From assembly GCA_012295275.1 (NCBI GenBank), contig CM022665.1, positions 37,572,001 through 37,636,000 of the forward strand: a stretch of 64,000 nt of DNA, in the 5' to 3' direction. The position numbers and the translations under genes are program-made. The stretch comes from Chrysomallon squamiferum. Lineage: Eukaryota > Animalia > Mollusca. The notes below the pieces were generated by a model. It was not told the origin of the DNA. It saw nothing but the letters and a program-made list of their open reading frames with translations, and made no database searches. Shown here one piece after another: positions 37,601 through 50,624 of the stretch (position 1 is the stretch's first letter; each line of letters opens with the position of its first letter).

Positions 37601-40600
37601 AACTTCCACCACCTATAACATTTGATCTAGAAACTTCCACAGTTATCCCTCCATCAAAGGTTGTACATTTGGAATAGATATAAGTCTAAATACAAAATCC
37701 ATTTATAATTCATATACAGCTTAAATAACCTGCAGATTATATATATAAAATAAATTGTGCATTACATAAAGATTGTGTTTCAGATTATGGAGTTTATCGG
37801 AATTAAAAATTTCTGATGTTGATTCTAAACCTGTACAAAGATTTTATCTGATTTATATGTATATTTTTTAAAACGTTTTACAGTAGTGCATAAGTTCAAA
37901 GAATGAAATGAATATTTGTTCTAATACTTTCAGTAAATTAATGAAAGGTATAATTTGTTAATCATTTAAATATATAGTAACTTACTTATATCATGTAAAT
38001 CAGGAAAATGTAAATGAAAATATAAATTTTCTTTAATGGTGTGTTAGCTGATGAAATAAAGATGTGTATAATTTTATCTGATCTGTAAGTAACAAAGTAT
38101 TTCTTAATATCGAATTGAATAGAAATTCTGTGAATGAGAAAGATCCTTTGTTCAGTGTTAATATATTTAAAAAAAGAAAATAGTTTAAATTGGGGAAGTG
38201 TTTTCATTAATGAAGATGTAGTTCTGCACAACTTTGTGACAAAGATAATATTTACTGAGATATTAAAATTTAATAAATAATCATTTGTTTCATAAAATCA
38301 GGGAAGTTATTTCATGAATGAGGAGGTGAAGACTGTGGTTGTGAAGTTTCTCAAGGAATACTATACAATCTATGATTCAGACAACCGACAGCCATTACAT
38401 GAAGCCTATCATGAACAGGTGGGTGTATAAAGATTATTACCTCAGACCAGATGATATACATAGAGTGTGCTTGTTTAGTTAAAGGATTGGTTATGAACAT
38501 ATATAAGATTTGAGATGTGATATTTAATACTTTCAAAAATTTACAATATTTTTATTTTAGTTGAATATAAAGAAAGTTTTAAGTTTTGGCTTGCACTTTT
38601 TTTTCTTTTTTTGGGGGGTAAATGTAAATAACAATCTCTTTTTTCTTCTTCTTCAGGCTGTTTTCTGTATTGCAACAGCTTACAACGACACCTTGGAATA
38701 CAAGTAAGTTTTAATTTTCAATATTTGTTCAAATTTATTTCTGTTTTAATACTCACTTTATTTTCTTAGTTACTTTACTGAAAATCTGAAATTTTTAGTT
38801 TTTTTTGTTATCATTTTTTTAAATTTATTTATTACAGGCAAGCACCACTCAAAGTTTACCAACAAGAAAGCAGAAATATTTTTAGAGTGAAAGATGCAGG
38901 TATGGACTTGCGTTTGACATAACTATTGATCTTAAATTATATGACTGAAGTATCATTAATAAATCTTCATTCACTGTCAAGAATTATAAACCAAATGTAT
39001 ATCTAGGCCAGATTAAATTACTTGCAAATTTTATTTTATTTAATTTTATTTTATTTTATTTTATTTCTTTGTTGACAGCAAGAAGAGAAAGATGTATGAA
39101 ACGTGGACACATTTCTGTTGTGTCACAGCTCTGTCTCTTGCCAAAGACAACACACGACCCAAATTCATTTATTGTTGACATTAACATTGCCATGGTGAGT
39201 AGGAGTATTTGGTAATATTAATATGATTTAAATATTTTGAATAAATAATAATCCTCTGCATAACACTATTTGTTTTGGAAGGTTTTTAGTTGTTTAAATT
39301 CTGCCAAACATCATAGCTTTTTTAAAAATAATTTTTTTATTCCTTGTTATTTGGTAAACCCATGTGAAAGAAATGTTCTGTCTTGTTTTAGTATTGAATA
39401 ATACCATTTTAAAGAAAAAAAAAAAAAATCACATAATTTTATTCATTTAGAATTCTTTCAAAGGAAAAAAATATTGTTTTCAAATATTTATTTTTTCCTC
39501 TTTTATCTTTTCCAGCCAAATTTGTTAAGCTTTAGCTTATCAGGTATCTTTAAAGAAAGTAAGTAATTTTACTCCTTTTTTTATTTTTTTTTTTTATTTT
39601 TATTTTTTATTTTTTTGAAGTGTCTTGAAATGTTTGTTTAAGGATCAGTAGTTTTATATAGATCTTTTGATTAATCTAACATTATTACAAATTTTTTAAT
39701 TTGTTAATCTTTTAAATGTAACAGATATTTAAATTAAACATTGTAATAATAATCTTCATTTTTCTTTTTCTTTTTTAAATCCTGGATATAGTTAATGTTT
39801 TTGGAAAACACGCTCAAGATTAGATATTTTATTTGTTTTTATGTATTTTTTTTTTTTTTTTTTTTTTTCCCTCAGGTGAAAACAAGTCTGACAAACCACC
39901 CATACGAGCATTCAGCAGATTATTCGTCACTGTGCCTTATGGAACAGGGTAAAGTTCTCTTTATTAAAAGTGACATTTTTCTTTTCAAATTGAAAAATAG
40001 AAGAGATTTATATATATATATATTGGCTTACGGTGAGATTTGTCTGAAGATCAAGTCATGTTTTATTGAGTAATTTCCCCATCCAACCATTGTTCTGTGA
40101 TTGTGTATCAGAATCCTCGTGTATCTTTTTAAAGCATACCAGTCTTTTTATTTGTAAAAGATTAAAAAAAAAAAAAAATGGGGCTTCTTTAAATTTGATC
40201 AAAACAACAATTTCAAAAAATAAAATAAAAAATCAGTTAACAGTTTGTTTTGTCATTTATTATGTGAATGTGTTTTTAAAATTTGGGCTCTTTTGTTTTT
40301 TCAGGATGGTAATAACTAATGATGTTTTGACAATCACCAATGCCTCACCAGAACAGTCACAGGTACCAGTCATTCAAACATATATATATATATATATATA
40401 AATAATGTACAATGGATGAGGATGGTGAATATTTTCGTTGTATTAAAGCCGAGTTCTGAATTTGTTTCATGAGGCCAAAATGAAAAGGAAACTTTGATGT
40501 TATCATGTTTCTTTAAAAAAGATGTATTGAAAATAAAATTCTAATATATAAAAAAATAAATTATTTTCATTTTCTTTTCTTGCCTAGAAAAACTAAGTTT

Positions 40601-41895
40601 CAGTTTTACTAAAAGATCTTTGCTTGATTTTGAAAAATCACTTTAGAGAATTAAAATTTATTCTGTAGTAGTCATATTTCTGTGGAGGTTGCAGAGGTTG
40701 AACAAGCCAAACATTTGCAGAATTAAAAAAATAATAATAATATTAATTTTATTATCCATTCTTACTGTTTGTTCCCTGAATTAAAGAGGGATAATAATTT
40801 TTTTTTTAATTGTAGTCTGCATTCAAAAGTACAGGACCAACCCCATCTTCTAGTCCAGTATCCACTGCCCCACCTGCAGTGCCATCCACTAGCTTCTCCC
40901 CTCTGCCAGGAACCAGTATTCTACCACACAAAGAAATGGTGGAGCAGTTTTCTTTGGTATCTGGAATGAATTTAGTGTGGTCACAGAAGTAAGTGAATTT
41001 TATTTCTCGTTGCACAACAGAATTGAAAAATGTAATACAAATTGTTTAATCTGAAAAACATAAAGTCAAATATTTAAAAGTTTTTGAGAATTTAAAAGTT
41101 ACCTGAGATGTTATAAAATTGTTAGGTCTATTCTTTATATAAAGTTCTAAGCTTCCGTCCAAGTGTTATATTTTAAGAAGTAACTTTAAAGCTACCTTTC
41201 ATTCAGAATTTTGCTAAATAAAAACAATAAGATCTGCAAAAGAATATATATTATAAAAAATGATAAACACATTTTATTCTGCAGCATGTTTTGGCAATTC
41301 AGTATTACAGTCAGAATTCAACAAAATTTTGTTTTATTTAGATGTCTTGAAGAAAATGGATGGGATTATGAAAAATCTGGACTTGTGTTTACAAATTTAC
41401 ATGTGAGGAAATTATTTTCATTTTCTTTTCTTGCCTAGAAAAACTAAGTTTCGTTTTTACTAAAAGATCTTTGCTTGATTTTGAACAGGAAATAAGAAGG
41501 AGGGGATTATATACAAAGCTTATTTAAAATGTTCATTTTAGATATCAGTTTTTTCAGTATTTTTAAATAATGTTAAGTATTTTTTTATTTTTGTTAATCT
41601 GTAGGACAAGAAAATATGATTTATCTCTTAATTTATTTGATTGAAAGTACCTTCACATAATATTAATAGTAATTGAAGTACTGAGGTTCAGAAAAAATTT
41701 ACTCCAGAAAATATTATCAATATACCAAGATATGTAGATGGATTAAAGATATATATCCAAGTATGCTGTTTTATATGTAATTTTTATTTCTGAGAAAGAT
41801 ACATATCCAAATATTCTATTTTATATGTAATTTTTAAAATATTCTTTATCTTACAGGCACAAGGAAAAATTCCTCCAGAGGCTTTCATTAAGTGA
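28273..41895 (+). CDS. NXF1: Nuclear RNA export factor 1 (TAP), 24 coding exons, 647 aa; RRM, LRR, NTF2-like and UBA domains
   Basis: GT-AG exons 28273-28324, 28930-29001, 29343-29463, 29962-30059, 30453-30520, 30919-31002, 31547-31651, 32401-32472, 32838-32907, 33289-33377, 33743-33850, 35311-35420, 37156-37192, 37591-37659, 38302-38418, 38657-38703, 38838-38899, 39079-39194, 39516-39558, 39876-39948, 40305-40362, 40816-40988, 41342-41402, 41857-41895 join in frame (1944 nt). Hallmarks: EDHDDR, RFNPY, WYKITIPHG, LDLSNNRL, FPKVISLDGRELPPPITFD, LPKTTHD, RAFSRLF, SGMNLVWSQKCLEENGWDY, GKIPPEAF. Confidence 0.96.
36112..36197 (+). promoter_or_regulatory. Constitutive transport element (CTE), single-internal-loop type, in the NXF1 cassette intron
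   Basis: Contains CCGATGACGGGTAAGA (36134-36149) and CAACCTAAGACAGG (36167-36180), the two strands of the NXF1-binding loop of type-D retroviral CTEs as recalled. Closed by ACCAGGT/ACCTGGT, CAGCT/AGCTG and TTTCCC/GGGGGA stems. Confidence 0.88.
36696..36771. repeat. 38-bp tandem duplication (2 copies, 1 mismatch)
   Basis: aggtacccagacagttacaccatatttgctttgtgtat followed by aggtacccagacagttataccatatttgctttgtgtat. Confidence 0.95.
40559..41485 (+). repeat. ~75-bp dispersed duplicate in NXF1 introns 21 (40559-40634) and 23 (41410-41485)
   Basis: aattattttcattttcttttcttgcctagaaaaactaagtttc...tactaaaagatctttgcttgattttgaa occurs twice, nearly identical. Confidence 0.9.
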
Positions 41896-42372
41896 AATCA
41901 GAATATTCTATGAATATCAAATGTTTATGCCATGGATTCAAGTGGTTTTGATCTCAGATTGCTGTATAAAACTTTGATTTGACGAAGTTGGAGTTGGATC
42001 AAATTACAGTGTTGTTAGTAACATAGTGCAGTTGTGTATTGCAATAGCTGAAAGTGTTATTGTTATGTTTTTATTTTTCATAAATTCAGCTGTAAGAATT
42101 ATGAAAACTGTTTTTAACTATTATCAGGTAAATGCAGATATGTTTTTGTAGGAGGGGTTGCCAGGAAGCTAGAAAATGTTAATAACACTGTATTTAAAAA
42201 TCAACATAAACAATAATTTGGGGGGAGCAGGGGGTGTAAATAATCATAGATATTTAGTGTCTTAAGATTTATTTTTTTATTTTTATTTTTCCCCCTTCCC
42301 TTGAAATTCCCCAGGATTTAATCATTTCTGTGTTGAAACCACATTTACATAAAATAGATATTCACATTTTCT

Positions 42373-42389
42373 AATAAAAAGAACACTAG

Positions 42390-42426
<37 letters not shown>
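42373..42426 (+). terminator. Candidate NXF1 poly(A) signal AATAAA followed by a genomic ~37-nt A run
   Basis: AATAAA at 42373-42378, A-run at 42390-42426. Further AATAAA hexamers lie downstream. Confidence 0.4.
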
Positions 42427-42430
<4 letters not shown>

Positions 42431-43287
42431 TGCACTGTTGTACATTAATAAAGATTAATGTGTGTGTGGAATTGTATAAATTATACTACTAAAAATAAAG
42501 GGGAAATACAGTAAAACTGTTATTTAATTTACCTTTTGTTTTTGCCTTCTTTATTGCAATAGGATGAGAGGAATAATAAGAGAGATATGAAACTGTGTAG
42601 AACATTTAGTGGTTTTGCTTTTAAAATGTTACATCAAGCATATTGTATGAAAGAGGATATATTATTTTATTTTATAAAAATCAGCCTAGGTTGTTGCTGT
42701 TTGTTTTATTTTTATAATTTTCTTGTTAACTTGTGACAGTCACAGATTTGTCTGGGGGAATAATAATAATAAAGGTATATTTTAAAAATTATATTTACTC
42801 AGAAGCATTATATTGCATTTTTAAACAAAAATGAATTTGAATTTTATTTTGATACGTGTTTCTTATCTGTTCATATTTATTATATCCATTCGGCTTTTTC
42901 TCTTGACAGCCTAAGTTTGTAATGATATATACTTTGCTAACAGAATAATACATCAGATTTTCTCTGAATAGTATGTCAAAAATACTAAAAGTCTAATAGT
43001 CAATATCCAGAGATAAATTATTAATCAGTAGCCTTCAATACATCATTTAAAACAGCAAGACATTTAACTTTACAAATTTACCAACAAATATTTGCAGATT
43101 GAAAAAAGATGTTCACGTAATTAAGCTCCTTTATTTTTTTGGTGGCTATCCTTTTAACTTACTGTTATTATTTTTTTAAAATCTAGTGAAGTAATTTTCT
43201 TTCAGAGTGTTACTGATAAAAATGTTTCAGTAGTTGACCTGAATTTTAAACTTGCAAAATAAATATTGAGAAAAAAAAGGAAACACA

Positions 43288-46200
43288 TCATATTTTTTCA
43301 AACAAGTTGTCTCTGTATTCTTGTGGAGATTCAGGAGGAAATACTGGATAAACTGCTGTTTGTACCAGACACCTTACCAAATCTGCAAGTAGTCGTCTGC
43401 AAATAATCAAAACAAAACTTTGTTAACAAAACTTTTGAAATAAACGAAGATGAAAGATTTAACATTTTAACTCCTTGCTGATTCCGCCACAACATACATT
43501 TTAAGGGAAAAGATAAATTTTGGAATAACGTTGATACACAAAATATAACCAATTAAAACTTCATGCCAAAAGCAGTTTTATTTCCCCATGTATTTCTAAC
43601 TCCCCTTATACTCTTGGTTAATAAAATAAACCAGCTAATCAGTAAACATCCACATAGCTGTAGCAATAACAGGTTTGATTTTAAAATGTTACACCACATG
43701 CTGGCTTATAGCAAAATGACATGTTTTTATGTAGTTTTCCTTGAGATAGAAATCTTACTCTGAAACTTTGATCTACTCTTTAAGATATTTCTTCAGGTCT
43801 TTACACTGTTTCTAGAAGTGAACCAAATAACATACTGTGCACATGCTGGTCCTCCATTTATTTCCAACAACCAGATTTTGAAGTTTTCATCAACCATGAA
43901 ATCAAATCCAAACAGCTGAAAGCATTTGTAGTCTAAACTATGCGTAGAGATTTGCTGAAAGTAAACTTTTAATTAAAATAACAAATTCTTCTACTGTGTA
44001 TGTTATATATTCATGTTTATCTAGATAAACTCTGATAATTTGACATTGTTTATAATTACCTGTATAGAGAAAATACCATTAAGTGAAAGGTTAAAAACAA
44101 AACAAAGCTTTAAAGATGGATAAGTGTAAGAATAAAATATTAGGATTATGCACTTAATTAAGCTATTATAACCATAAATCGGTGACAAATGATGTGGAGT
44201 TGACTGTAAAAGATGCCTTGCTACCAACACTGTTAGGAGTATCCCAGGCAACTGATTCCTTTCTCATATTATTTTAAAATCATGATTGTCATCTGAAAAG
44301 TAATTTTTGTTCTGATTCAGATATAATATGTTATTACCTCATGTACTATTCCAAAACACATTTTGATGATAGATTTTATCTGTGGAATAAGTGTTGTCTT
44401 CATATTGACGTTGTATTTTTCTTGTAAGTACCTGAATTGGAGCAAATGATATCACTCTCATAAATATTTGGATATTAATCAATTACTAATGAATACTATA
44501 ATTACACTAAAGAGATTTTAACATTATGAGTAACTGCACTAGCTGTTAAAAGCACATTTGTTATATAATAATTTTCCTGTCAGTACTTACAAATATTATT
44601 TTAATAACTTTGAGATTATAAATATAAAATAATTCATCTCATTTTATGTAACCAATACATTTTATTTGAAAGATGAAAATGGAATGTGGTTGTGAAGCAT
44701 CTTTACTGTATGTATGTGTATGTGTGGTGTTCATGTTGAAGTGCACTTTAAAATATAAATTAACTTTTAAAAATGAAACACCTGTCAAACTGATCGTAAA
44801 ACATTTCATTTCCTTCTTCATATTGTCCAAACTTTGATGACCTTTCCTCTTGAAGATTATGATTGGTCAGATGAGGAATGACATCATCAAGGTTATCTAG
44901 AGAATATTCTTCTGAAGAAGTGCGGAGGACACCTTCTCTGTACAGATAAACAGTATATGAATGATCCAGCAGCACCCAGCATCTAGATAAATGATATATA
45001 ATATATTTTAATGATACTTGTTGCATTATACAATGTATTTTTACAATAATTTCTGCATCATACAACACAGGAAACAATAAGTTAGTATGTGATTTATTTA
45101 ATAGTTCATCCATTTATAAATAGGTAACAAGACTGGTCTAAATTAACTGATGACCTCAACTGAACATTGTCCATGTTCAGTTTTGTTCCTTTAAAATGAT
45201 GCACTTCCCAAGGTAAAAACATTTTTTAAAATCACATTTTCAAATTTAAAGAAATATCTGAAAATCTGTGAATAATAAAATTTTCACAAAAAGATACAAA
45301 ATTAAAACAATAAATGAAAAATCAAATTTTAATTACACTCTCCTAATTATGAACTTTCTATGGAAATCAGTGTAAACATCATAATTAAGTCATCACAGTT
45401 AGATACAAGTTTAGATAACAAAAACTAAATATTAGATTAAACACATCAGAAAATATATTATTGTAATATTACTAAATATTTGATGGTTGTATGTATAAGC
45501 TTGCTCTGTTTTGTTTGTGTTTTTTTGGTTAAATAAAGTTAACAAAATGGAAACATGCTGCCATATATCTATTAGTTATTTTATGATTAGCAGAGAGTAA
45601 AGTTTAGCACATATCATTTGGCCAGACATAGATTAATAGCTGGAATGGTAATTCTTCAAAGCAGTCACAGAGGGGATTTGATGCTGGAAACCATAATGCC
45701 TTAGGTTTGCAGTCTACAGCTTTCTCCTCAAAATGCTAAACAAAGTATTGCATTTATTACCTGATATCAAATTTTCGGCCACCATTTAACAAAAGAGGTT
45801 TCTGTATGTACTGCTGAATAATGTATGCCCTCTGCTGTCTGTCTATTTCTGCAAGCAGTTGTCTCACGTCACGTGAAATAGAAATTCCCTCACCTACAAA
45901 TTATTTAAATGTATCGGAATAAAATAATAAAGGAAAGGAATTTCAGCAGAACATCAGTTAGTTCTCCTCACAGCCCAATATGTCTTCTTCATAAAAAAAA
46001 TTAATAAATGTTTTTAAAATTACAAATTAAAATGAAAATTTTTAATAAATGTATTAATGAATATTTGTTTTAAATGATACCTCAGTACATTTCAGTGTTA
46101 ATGAATATTAAGTATCACTAATTTTTATTTTTGTCATAATAAAAATGTAAGAGTAGATCTACTGCAATCACTACAATGGCCTCTGTCATTAGTTAGCTGC

Positions 46201-47336
46201 AAGATATTTTAATATGTACCTTTCCATGATCTGATTTGACACACCAGTCATGGGACACTTACAAAGTAACCCAGTGGATACTGATCTACACATAATTTAA
46301 TTTAAAAAATCAGAAACAGTAATAACCAAGACATTTGTTATTAAGTTGCACCTTTTGATCCAGCAGTAATTTTTGAAATCCATATCACATCTTTTCCTGA
46401 TGTTTTGAAAATGTTATCTAATTCCAACAATTCACTTCTCTCGTCATGTCTTGGTGGTCTTTTTAATGGAAAAGCTGTTGAAATCTGACATTCTTGGTCC
46501 TTTGGAAAAATAATAAATGATGGAGGCAACCAATCAAAGAGAGGTCTGTTCAGTGTAACACAATATTGTTTCAGAGTCCTGGAATTAAGGAGGATTTATT
46601 TATTACTTTATACCAGCATAACTTGAATCCATCAAGTTATTTTCGTTTATTAGTTTTGAAATAGACCATGTTAAAATTCAAGACTTTCCATCTAGGCAAA
46701 AGATCATTTTAACTTTTTTTACTCAAAGCAAACTGTTAAGTGACTGATCAAAGGAATAAGTTTTACTTTTACCTAAGTACGTTAAGTACAGTTATGATAA
46801 AAGATGGAAATCTGCTATCAGCACTCAATGGACTTTTCTAATCAATAAGCAGCAAATGATCTTTAATCTTTAATATGCATGCTCTTGTAGGCTGTAAAAT
46901 ATATATCAAGACATATACATCAGTCTTAAAGCAATGGCAGAAATAGGAACTGCCCAAAGTGTGCACTGAAGAAAACTGATCCAGTGAAATTTTCATTTCT
47001 CACACCTGTGTTCTAACCACACATACATGTAAAACTAGTAAATCAAATTATAAATGTTAATGGTCATAAGAAAAAACAGTATTAGATTAATCCTGAATAA
47101 ACATTTTAAAAAAAAAAAAAACATACTGACAAATTTAAACAGTTATCTCTGTAATACCATTGTAATACTAACCTAATCATAGATACTTTTCTGCATATGA
47201 CTGAAGAACCTCTGTAGTAATTAACAAGTTGTTGAAGTCCTTTAACCTGACCTGAAATAAATATTAAATGTAACTTAATTAAATTATTCTCAACAAATAC
47301 AGATTCTTTTATATATTTTTTTTAAATAAAAATATC

Positions 47337-47375
<39 letters not shown>

Positions 47376-48102
47376 TATTATTATACCAGATCATTTTATT
47401 CCAGTGGTTGTCCTGTTTCAGACAAAGAATATATAATAAAATATTTATATAGCTCACATTGGTACCCAGGGCAGCACTTGCCTGAGAGCCACTTTACACT
47501 ATTAAAAATTAGTCAGGACCCAAAACGTGTTTTTTTGTGTGTGTATTTACTGGTATTTGCTGTAATTAAAACTTGAATATATAACAAATGCTAGATGTAA
47601 GTAGAGTAGCTGCTGATCAAATTACATTTAAATGATTGTATCTGGAGCACTTTACTGCTTTGACTTTGAAAACTATATACTTTTAGTATCATTTTTTCAT
47701 GTGCATTGTTGTTTCTTTTAGTTTTTTTTTTTTTTTTTTATATATTATTTCATTTTTTATTTTATTTTATTTTATTTTATTTTATTTATTTACTGTTCTC
47801 ATTTTTATTTTTGTTTGTTTCTTTCTCTAATTTATTATTATTATTATTATTATTTTTTTTTTTTTTACATATTTATATTTTATTCACTTGTACTGTAATA
47901 AATTAATATTATATTTGTGTTAATTAAAATCACCAAATTTGCTGTATGGAAGATGGTTTCTATCTCCTAGCATTAAATTGAACCTGTCTGAATCTCTAGG
48001 CAACCGTTTCCAGTATTTTGTCTGCAACAAATACGCCTGAACTGCTCTGTAAACGCTACTTTCGTCATCTCGTGAAATGAACGTGTAATGTCGATTTGAC
48101 AT
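43288..48102 (-). CDS. TTL: Tubulin--tyrosine ligase, 8 exons, 376 aa
   Basis: Exons 48102-47934, 47251-47173, 46578-46352, 45893-45761, 44982-44782, 44431-44338, 43954-43836, 43396-43288 join in frame (1131 nt). Motifs [82 protein letters not shown] match TTL proper. Confidence 0.95.
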
Positions 48103-50624
48103 GATAGTTTACATCAAAATATTTCGAAATGTTCATTGCACCGATAAAAGCTATAGCTAAGATGTGTTTGAAACTATTTACATTAGAGACCACAAAGTGG
48201 ACTCGTTCTCTTAAGTAAACAAATAAAAGATGGGTATGGACTGTGTATCAGTCTATGTTATGTGGCAGGCGGAAACGCATCAGTAATACGTGTAAGTTGG
48301 ACATGATTCACAAGTTGTTCTTGAAAATGCTTATCCTTGAAGAACCCATAAATTCCTAAGAAAAGATAAAGATTTAGACTTGAAAACGTAACATGTTTTT
48401 GTTTCAATAAATATATATTCACAAGTTATATGTGTGTGTACTCAATCACACAGACATGCACGCAGTCCTGCAAAATAAAGATAACAGCAAGTTTGATTTG
48501 ACCATAACAAATAAAATTATTTTCCCCTACATGCCCAACCCCCAAAACCAGATGTTTAATGCCCATAATTTGTTTTATCTAGAAAACTAAACACTCATTT
48601 CTTACAATAACAAGTACAGCACATCTATTTATAAATACATCCAAACATACATGTATTTGTCCTAAAGTATTAAAGTTTTCATACATTTACAAAATCCATA
48701 AAAACAACTAAATGTTCAGCTAACTAGTAAATATCTTCTTGTATGATATATCTCTGTACTGCCCATGCAGTTGTTATGTTGTCTTCCCATGTCAGTAGTA
48801 ATTGATGATGTGCTTAGAAGACTGATGAAAAATGTTTTGTGCAAAATGCTGTAATGGCCAGAAGTAACATTATGAGCCGATAATTATTAACAAACTTTTG
48901 TCTTAAATTAGACCTTGCTTGAATTTATTTCATGATTCTCATTATGAGAAAGTGCATGAGGACATTGCATATGCATTCATATTGTTTGGTTTGCTTTACA
49001 TTTGTCTAGCTTTCCATGTGTTAGTTTCATGTGGAACGCTCAACAACTGTAGTAACTACAAGCAGTATTTCAGGCCATTGCAATGATTTTAATGAGAATA
49101 AAATGACGTTTTTGTATGGACAATCCGCTTATGACCACCAGTGATAAAAAGTTTAAAAACCATTTGGTTTAATAAAAAGCTTTGATGTTTTGATTTTTTT
49201 TTTTTTTTTTTCGTTTTTCATTTTGCTTTATTGAAGCTTTTTTCTTCTTCTAGTTTAGTATAAAACTTTTTTCTTTTAGTTTGCTTCTTTTTAAACAAAA
49301 ATGTATTTTAATTTATTATTATCCCAAATACTAATAAAGTTTCAGTATCAGAAGCATAAAACAATATGTATCAAACGGTGTTAATTTAAGAAAATGCCTC
49401 CCCATTGCAAGTAAAAAACTGATAACAACTGTTACTGAATTACATTTTTTATTTTTGCCAATTCTGCCAATACAACATAGACTGAAATGGTCTAATGTAC
49501 ATTGTACAAATAATATCTTACTAGACAGAAAGTCTCCATTATTATTTCTTCTAGTAATTGGAATCATATTGTTTAAATAATAACTGTGTCATTTCTTTTA
49601 ATAAAAAAATTATTTTGCAGTAATTTATACAGGCACCTAAACAGTTATCCTTGGTGTATAAGTTTTCAAAATTTCTGAAAGTAAATCTTATTGAACAACC
49701 ATGCCTGATTCTTTTTCAACTCAGAATATAATTGTGTGTATTCATGTGTGTGTGTATGTGCATCTGTCTGTCTCTATAAAACATTATTATTATATTGCAC
49801 ATATCTGAGTATAAAAGGCAGCTGATGTTAATGTATCAAACAGTAAATAATAAGTTAATTTTATCATTACCATTAAAATTTATACAAGCCTAATCCATCT
49901 CTCTTTTGTCCAAAAAATAATACAAAGTAATTTTAGCAAGTCTCCCAAAACAATTTTGTTATTAATCATGTATTACATTATTATGTACAATAACTTTAAC
50001 TCTTTTAATCAGTAATTTTTTTACTTTTAAATGATTTTTTTGGGATGTACATTTAGTGACATTTTTCAAGGATGAAGAACACTAAATGAGACATAATCAC
50101 CCCACACTGTCTAATTAACTGGTAAAAACAAAACCATGTAAAATGTAGTAATTACTAAGAAAACACAAAGAAGCAGTATTCATTTCTAACTTCCAAATCT
50201 TAAACTAAAGTGTTTTTTGTTTCATAAAAGTAATGTTAGCAATTGAAAGAAGTTGTTTTTCTTTGCAGTTTTCTTAAAATTCCAACAAAAAAATGGTAGC
50301 CAAGTGTATTGAAAATCCTCAATAATTACTTTTTCTCTAAATGAAAATAGTTATGGCTGATGTATAAAATTTGTTATCATATTATATTATCTATTTCAGC
50401 GTAAACAATAACAGAAAATAAAGACACAAACAAGGCATATTTTACTAACAGTTAAAAATCAAAAACACCAATTGTTAAAAGGTATCTGTTATTTTGATAA
50501 AATCATGCATATTTATTTCTCAGACAGAGATGTCTGTAAAAATCTGAACAAATGTAATAACAGTTAAAGCAGACCCAAGATGACAACAGAATAAAGGCCA
50601 TCAATGAAAAGAATAATAATACAT

